Assembly (NCBI RefSeq): GCF_001194135.2 | Contig: NC_068984.1 | Span: 47,226,571-47,281,468, forward strand | Length of the DNA stretch: 54,898 bases | Reading direction: 5' to 3' | Source: Octopus bimaculoides | Lineage: Eukaryota | The notes under the pieces: model-generated | Database searches by the model: none | Seen by the model: only the letters and a program-made list of their open reading frames with translations | Told to the model about the DNA's origin: nothing | Translations under genes and position numbers: made by a program | Shown: in pieces, positions 46,990 to 54,898 of the stretch | Position numbering within the stretch: the stretch's first letter is position 1 | Layout of the letters: every line of letters begins with the position of its first letter

Positions 46990-49039
46990 NNNNNNNNNNN
47001 NNNNNNNNNNNNNNNNNNNNNNNNNNNNNNNNNNNNNNNNNNNNNNNNNNNNNNNNNNNNNNNNNNNNNNNNNNNNNNNNNNNNNNNNNNNNNNNNNNNN
47101 NNNNNNNNNNNNNNNNNNNNNNNNNNNNNNNNNNNNNNNNNNNNNNNNNNNNNNNNNNNNNNNNNNNNNNNNNNNNNNNNNNNNNNNNNNNNNNNNNNNN
47201 NNNNNNNNNNNNNNNNNNNNNNNNNNNNNNNNNNNNNNNNNNNNNNNNNNNNNNNNNNNNNNNNNNNNNNNNNNNNNNNNNNNNNNNNNNNNNNNNNNNN
47301 NNNNNNNNNNNNNNNNNNNNNNNNNNNNNNNNNNNNNNNNNNNNNNNNNNNNNNNNNNNNNNNNNNNNNNNNNNNNNNNNNNNNNNNNNNNNNNNNNNNN
47401 NNNNNNNNNNNNNNNNNNNNNNNNNNNNNNNNNNNNNNNNNNNNNNNNNNNNNNNNNNNNNNNNNNNNNACTAAATTTACTGACTTCATCATCCACAGAT
47501 AAGATATTAATAAATTTCCATCATCCAACCTTTATGATCGAAAACCGGATGTTCATTCATCTGAACTACTACCTACTTCAAACACCACTGGTGATTAAAA
47601 AAAAAAAGCTAAAAGAAAAACAACACATTATTTTATCATTGGATGTTTTATACAGAGCTAACCAAACTGCTGAATCTCATCTGCTTGTTTTTTTTTTTTA
47701 TACAGACATTGATCTCCAGTGTTCCAAACTGTGTACAAGATGCATGGATCTTAGCAATGCGGAAGACCCAGCAAACTTCATTGGTGCTGCGTCTCCTCAC
47801 TGACGTGCAACAAAACTGCTCAGGGTGTGAATTGAACTCTTCTCTGTGAAAACTATTTTCCTAAGAAAACTTTTGTTTATGACTGCTAACAGCGAGAGAG
47901 AGGTAGTAGTTTAGTGTTAAATTACTTGAACAAACGCATTTATTATGAACTACTAAAGAACACTACGTAAACATTACACAGAAACTACATTCACACACTC
48001 GACAGATACTCACCAAGAGCCATAAGTACAAATATATAACCTACATACTTTTCCAATATACATATGCATACACGCAAGTACTCAGGGAAACAAGTATATA
48101 CACAAATTTGTATCACACGTGCACACAATGACAAACATTGAAAATATATAACCACATCGACACAATACTCCACATACACACATACTCACATATACTTACA
48201 ATGAAGACCACTCTAGAATTCAAATGCATAAAGACCACTAACATTGCACGCACACATTTACACACAATGAGAAACCTCTGTCCCTCCGCACACATGCGTG
48301 CGCACTTATAGAAGCATTCACACTCAATTACACAACACACACACGCACACACAAACGTCAAACAACACGTACATAAGACGTATACAAGACGTATACACAG
48401 ACTCGACGCGCACTACACACACGTAGACAAACACGCACATACACACATATCATACACACAAGCGCGCGCACACATCATGGTTTCTAATTTCGAAACCTAG
48501 GCATAACAATCGATTCTGTTTGAAGAATCTACTTAAATAGTCAGAATTGTATTGGGTGGTAAAAATTGTACATAGGCGATTTTAGTTACTCGTAATTTCC
48601 TTCTTGTGTCACAACCAATGCTTTTCTAATCAATCACATTTGAGACTGACATATATATGTGTGTGTGTGTATAGTCTGAAATAGTAAACATTGATTGGTC
48701 AGCTCAATGAAAGGGCAGTGGAAAACCAGTCGAAAGATGTTTGGTTCGTATCGTGTCGATTGATACGTGTTCTTTTTTTCGTTTCTTTTTTTTTTTTTTT
48801 TTTTCTTAGAGAGCTTAGTCAGAGAGGAATGGCTGATCCTATTACCTTTTTTAGGCCTTACATACACACTTCTCACAAGAGTTCAAAGGCTGGAGGCGAG
48901 GCAAGAAAAGAAGATGAAACCGGAGACCTTATGCGAAAGTTCGTAATATAGTGGATTCCGCTAGAGTTACCAAATAACCTGGTTGTTGCTTGTAAGCAAG
49001 CAGCGATTAAGTCTACTAGTTAAGATTAAGTGCTGTGTC

Positions 49040-49200
49040 TATTAGATGGGTTTCCACACAGGCTGTGTCTACTCGATTTTATTCACAACCTTTATGATAG
49101 CCTGAAGCTATTGTCCAAGATACTTTCCTTGGATATCGCGTAGTGAGATTGCACTTGGAACCACGTGATTGTTAAGAAAATCTTATTACAACATTAACCG
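49040..49200 (-). mobile_element. SINE family A remnant
   Basis: gggtttccacacag...ctattgtccaagatac...ggaaccacgtgattgttaag. Confidence 0.5.
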
Positions 49201-49675
49201 CATTGCTCTGTCAACGTTGATATCCACAACCAAGGCACACTGATTAATCTAGCCAAGATTAAGTTTGATATCGCAAAATGATATAGATCGCTTTACAGCA
49301 AATAACGAATTAAGTGGGGTAGAAAGTATGGGGATATATTGTCAGAAGTTGTAAAGTGCCGGAGTGATTATAAAGGTATTATTCAGTTACCTTCTCTTTA
49401 TAATTTTAAATCACATAAGACATTGCTTCCTCTATACTGTTTCTATGTGCGTGTGCACATACATTGGCAACTGAGACATAAATGAAATTATTGTATGTAC
49501 AAAAGTATCCTAAGCAAGAGCACTCAGTATGTACATATTTTTGTCGCAAGAAAATCAGATATTTACTAAACTTTTGCACCGAATCAGTTATTTACTAAAA
49601 TTTTGAGGGAACAATGCTGTCAGTGTTCATTTTGTCTTATACAATTTTGTCTAATATAAGTTATAGTTTATATAT

Positions 49676-50057
49676 TGTTGTTGGCACTCCGTCGCTTACG
49701 ACGTCGAGGGTTCCAGTTGAACCGATCAACGGAACAGCCTGCTCGTGAAATTAACGTGCAAGTGGCTGAGCGCTCCACAGACACGTGTACCCTTAACGTA
49801 GTTCTCGGGGATATTCAGCGTGACACAGTGTGACAAGGCTGACCCTTTGAATTACAGGTACAACAGAAACAGGAAGAAAGAGTGAGAGAAAGTTGTGGTG
49901 AAAGAGTACAGCAGGTTCACCACGATCCCCTGACGGAGCCTCGTGGAGCTTTATGTGTTTTCGCTCAATAAACACTCACAACGCCCGGTCTGGGAATCGA
50001 AACCGCGATCCTATGACCGCGAGTCCGCTGCCCTAACCACTGGGCCATTGTGCCTCC
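49676..50057 (-). mobile_element. tRNA-derived SINE family C, full length, with (CAA) tail
   Basis: Minus-strand head ggaggcacaatggcccagtggttagggcagcggactcgcgg...ggtttcgattcccagacc. Homologous to 29748-30096. Confidence 0.92.
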
Positions 50058-50439
50058 ACAGTTTATATATAGGTGTGGCTTGATGAGAATAATAGTTCAC
50101 AAACACCAAGTCCCTCAACATCCTAGTTGTAGCTACAACACTACGAACTTCCGCTAGATGATGTTAGCCGTCTTGTAAAAGAAAGAGCACATTTGCTAAC
50201 GTAGTTATTGCAGTCAAACTATTATGTACATATCCGTGCCTGCGTGTATGTGAGACATGAAAAGATAGAATAGAGCCAGGAAAAATGGCACAAGACCAGC
50301 AAGTTTAAAAGAGTGGAGTAGATGCCACCAAATTGCATAAAGTTGTGACTGGCTGATCATACCACAGACACGAGTAAATTTAACCTAATAATCAGATGGA
50401 ATATAAGTATCACAGTGTGTGAATCCTAGACCTTTCAAT

Positions 50440-50610
50440 TACACATATAGTCCAATCAATCGGCTTCCATGCAGTTTCTATCTCGTCACTTTCAATCACA
50501 ACAAGCCTTAGTTGACATGAGGTGGTAAAAATTCTTTCCCCGTGGTAGCTGTACAGTAGTATCGAACCTGGAACTTTGTAATTGAGAAACACACTATTTA
50601 GTCATTCGGA
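50440..50610 (-). mobile_element. SINE family A remnant
   Basis: ggcttccatgcagtttctatct...cacaacaagccttagttgac...atcgaacctggaac. Confidence 0.55.
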
Positions 50611-52509
50611 CATATATATATATATTAAATGAGTATAATTAATTCTGCTGACGATTCTCTGTACCTATATAAAGGCTTTTGCTGTAATTAACTTTTTATT
50701 TATTTATTTATTTATTATATTTTCTTTTTTTATATATATATTCTTTTATTTTGCAGGAGAATAATTTAGCAAAGTTTCATAATAATTGTTTGCGGAAGAG
50801 GACAGTTGTCTGGAAATAACACATTCCATTAAACATTGTAGAATGACAGAAGAATTAGTTTCTCCAAGTGCATACATGCATGCACACAAATATATATGCG
50901 TATATGGGTTTTCTCTCTCATTCTCTCTCTCTCTCTCTCTCTTACACATACACACATACAAACACTTACATACATATATACATGCATACATAGATGCATA
51001 CATAGATGCATACATACATACATGCATACATACACACGCACGCACACACGCATACACACACAGATTGAGCACTAATCACATTCACACAAATATGTTTTTT
51101 TTTTACGTGAGTGAATGTGTATAGTTGGAAATATATGACAAGCCTTAATGTAAAAATGTAATCATCTTTATCACTATCATCGTCACTAACATCACTCTCG
51201 TCATCACCACTAACATCCTCATCGTCTTCATCATCGTCATCATCGTCATCATCATCAACGCTGTGTTTGTCGTAGCCCTTGTCGGTGTTTTTATTAACAT
51301 TATTATCATGTGGAAAGTTAGACAACTAAGTGCTATATAAAACAAATAACTACGCAAACAGTTAGTATTATAAGAGAAAAAATAAATATATCAAAAAACT
51401 CGTACGGGGAATTGTGTCTTGTTCATATTATATTAACTGCAAAGTGGACATATAAGAATGGCTTTTCTCTTGAGAAGTACTGTAGGTAACAGTTATGTGA
51501 TTCTTTTTATTTTACCTGGTATAATTAGTATAGTGCTTGTATGTGAAATTGATATGCACATTCTTGTGTTATTGTTATGGATTATTATGGTCTACAGGGG
51601 CCTAGATTCAAAGGACACGTCTTATATTTATGCGGATATCGGTGATTTTCTGCACGCCTAAATGTTTTCGCTTTGCTGATATATTTATTATTTTATACTT
51701 GTGCTGCCCTTGTGGAAACACAAATTGTAATATTATTTTGTAAAGCACTCACAAATTTTATGAATCATACAGTATGCTTTATATATCGTGCTTGTAATAA
51801 TAAAGCCATTGGTAGTTTTATAACAAGAGCGCATAATCTCCCTCTGACTGGTAGCTCTGGTGAAAAATGTTGTGTGGGGGATACGGTTGAAAACTTTGAG
51901 AGCAGAACTTTTGCTTCTAGAGTACGCCCTCATCGACTTCTGTAAGTTATATATGAAAGAAAAAGGTTGAGGACAGAGAGGGAACTTTTGTCTACCAGTA
52001 AATTTTATGAAAAGTGGTTAGTGTGACAAAATTTACGTAGTTAATTGTGTATACAGGTATCATATAGCTGCTGCAAATTGGTATCAAATACTAGCAAAGC
52101 AAGCTTCTTTACATACATGGAGAAATTCAGGATTCTGTGCATGCTATCCCGAGATACCTTGTATGATTGCCTCCCTCACTTTAAAGATCCAAGTTGGCTT
52201 CCAAGTTTATGAAATCTCTGTAGTGGAGATCTAAGCTAAAAACTCTTAATGCCTGTGGCTACTTCTTTCTCTCCGACTAGTCAAGTAATGTAGACACCTT
52301 AGAGGGTCGCAAATCGATTAAGGGCTGTTTGATTTTTTCGATTTATGGAGTAATAGGCAAAATTGACATGTTTGTATGTTTCCTATCTATGTTTACATAT
52401 ATTATATCATACCTTGATACTGTGTGAACTGGGTTCCCCGTCGACAAGCCGCCGATATTAAATAAAGTATTAACCACTTATAGTGTGCGAATTAGTGGCG
52501 CCAGACCGC

Positions 52510-52644
52510 TTTCTCTTTCTCTCTCTCTCGCTCTGTACACACACACATATACATACATATATATATATATATATACATATACACATATACATACATATAT
52601 ACATATATATATATACATACATACATATACATATATATACATAC

Positions 52645-52691
<47 letters not shown>
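52510..52691 (+). repeat. (CT)n/(TA)n/(TACA)n microsatellite running into a gap
   Basis: Direct read. Confidence 0.95.
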
Positions 52692-53356
52692 NNNNNNNNN
52701 NNNNNNNNNNNNNNNNNNNNNNNNNNNNNNNNNNNNNNNNNNNNNNNNNNNNNNNNNNNNNNNNNNNNNNNNNNNNNNNNNNNNNNNNNNNNNNNNNNNN
52801 NNNNNNNNNNNNNNNNNNNNNNNNNNNNNNNNNNNNNNNNNNNNNNNNNNNNNNNNNNNNNNNNNNNNNNNNNNNNNNNNNNNNNNNNNNNNNNNNNNNN
52901 NNNNNNNNNNNNNNNNNNNNNNNNNNNNNNNNNNNNNNNNNNNNNNNNNNNNNNNNNNNNNNNNNNNNNNNNNNNNNNNNNNNNNNNNNNNNNNNNNNNN
53001 NNNNNNNNNNNNNNNNNNNNNNNNNNNNNNNNNNNNNNNNNNNNNNNNNNNNNNNNNNNNNNNNNNNNNNNNNNNNNNNNNNNNNNNNNNNNNNNNNNNN
53101 NNNNNNNNNNNNNNNNNNNNNNNNNNNNNNNNNNNNNNNNNNNNNNNNNNNNNNNNNNNNNNNNNNNNNNNNNNNNNNNNNNNNNNNNNNNNNNNNNNNN
53201 NNNNNNNNNNNNNNNNNNNNNNNNNNNNNNNNNNNNNNNNNNNNNNNNNNNNNNNNNNNNNNNNNNNNNNNNNNNNNNNNNNNNNNNNNNNNNNNNNNNN
53301 NNNNNNNNNNNNNNNNNNNNNNNNNNNNNNNNNNNNNNNNNNNNNNNNNNNNNNNN

Positions 53357-53390
<34 letters not shown>

Positions 53391-54898
53391 CAGTCTAGCG
53401 GTGGTCTGACCTCGGGCAGTTCCTGTGCCGGTGAAGTTTCTTCACCACTTTCTATACGATCTGGGAGGACCCGTACCTTACCCAACCGGTTTTAAGTAGT
53501 TTATTGGAACTTCGGTTACAATGACCATACTTGGGATTAATATGGTTTCCCGTTGCTTTTTCCAGTGAGATAGGATTTGAACTTAGAATGTAGAGAGCCG
53601 TAAAATATTACTGCTGATGTTCCAATGGTTCTACCACTCTCGCACCAGCAGAGCTACGTGAAATGAAGAACTCAACTCGCCGTCAGGTCCAGGAAACGAA
53701 CCCTCAATCTAACGATCATGAGTGCAGCATCCTGACCACACGCATTCACATTCACAAAAATAAAATTAGAATAAAGTATATTCTATTAAAATTATTGTAA
53801 CAGGAGAAAGGAATGGTAAAGTTAACCGCTGATGAGTTTGAACACTTAGCGTAAAATACGCCGCAACGCATTTGCTCTCACACGCAACCAAATCCTGTAT
53901 CGACTGTGCACGTCATCGCACAATAATAAGTAAAGAAAAAATACCAACACACAATGACATGCTGCCGAAACCTGGTTTTTCAGTGTCACTTGAATTACAA
54001 TCATATATGAAAATAAATGTGAAAATAAAATTGAGTGTGACATATTTAAATTGCTTGAGCCAAAGCAAGTCTCCATACAAACTCACAATGTAGCAAAAAT
54101 AACAACCAAAGCTCTCTCTCAAATCTTGCTCTGCTGTTTTGGAAATAGTTACACATTAGACATTGTGCTGTGCCCAGAAAATATGGAATTGTCATGACTG
54201 GAATGCTTTTTATAGTATGTCTACTAAACTAGTTCGAACCATGAGCTAGGCAACAACAACAATATTTATTACTACCATTATCACCTTCACCATCATAGTC
54301 ACCATCACGAACGGGAGAAGATAGATAAAGAGAAAATTATGGGAAATGTCACAAACTTCGATTGAAATAGCAACTCGTGTCTTTTCGAGCTTTTTTTTTT
54401 TTAATGCTACTAACTAATCAACAACATAAATACAATCTTATATTTCATAATTTTTCTTTATTATACGGAGTATATGATTGATTTAAGTATATCATATACA
54501 TTTACATATTTATATATACACATGAGGTAAGGACGGATCCTCTAAGTGACCGAACAACGTGCTACGACTAACAACCACATCTTGATTAAGTTCTATTCTC
54601 ACCTTAAAAAGGATACACAAGTTCATTAGATAATGTATTCATACCTACTTTATATCTTTCAAAAATGACAATATAGTCATGCATGAACGCTTTTGATCAT
54701 AGGTCTGCTCCATCAAGGTTGATCTGGGGGAAATCAATAACAAGAATTACTGCTTGTTTGCTCATAACTCTCCATAGAATCTGATGGTGACCATCTTCTT
54801 CTTTATGGACAGATAGACATTCACACACGCAAAAAGATATATAAGAAGAAAAAAAAAGAAAACTTTTTTTTTTCATTGGCATTGGGCTAACCATAATT

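Noticed and set aside
15223-53495. Long ORFs (120-357 aa) in the ORF track that are filled with X
   Set aside because: They are open only because they cross N gaps and microsatellites, so they are not evidence of genes.
54697-54894. 65-aa minus-strand ORF
   Set aside because: It overlaps what looks like a SINE-type tail (gatcaaccttgatggagcagacctatgatcaaa) and poly-A/T runs, and has no recognisable domain.
1-54898. CRISPR array or prokaryotic defence system
   Set aside because: No regularly spaced repeat-spacer array or gene-dense operon; the sequence is clearly animal repeat-rich DNA.

Overview
This is an AT-rich, short-read-style eukaryotic scaffold with many N gaps. Its SINE families and microsatellite load look like coleoid cephalopod DNA, most likely Octopus; this is recognition from memory, not a database match. 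I found no recognisable host protein-coding gene, rRNA, true tRNA gene or CRISPR array, so the window reads as intergenic or intronic DNA built from repeats. It holds more than 25 tRNA-derived SINE copies of about 5 families and three same-strand R4/Dong non-LTR retrotransposon remnants, one of them internally deleted. It also holds L1/Tx1-like remnants dominated by ORF1, CR1-type RT fragments, two Penelope GIY-YIG tails, two Helentron-type non-autonomous elements, mariner remnants and at least six fold-back elements. The most notable observations are a MITE enclosing a LINE ORF1 fragment between 45-bp direct repeats, a fold-back element with a (CCCTAA)n/(TTAGGG)n core, a decayed hammerhead-like motif behind a Penelope endonuclease, and a 21-nt microexon candidate. 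Boundaries and identities were judged by eye and are approximate.
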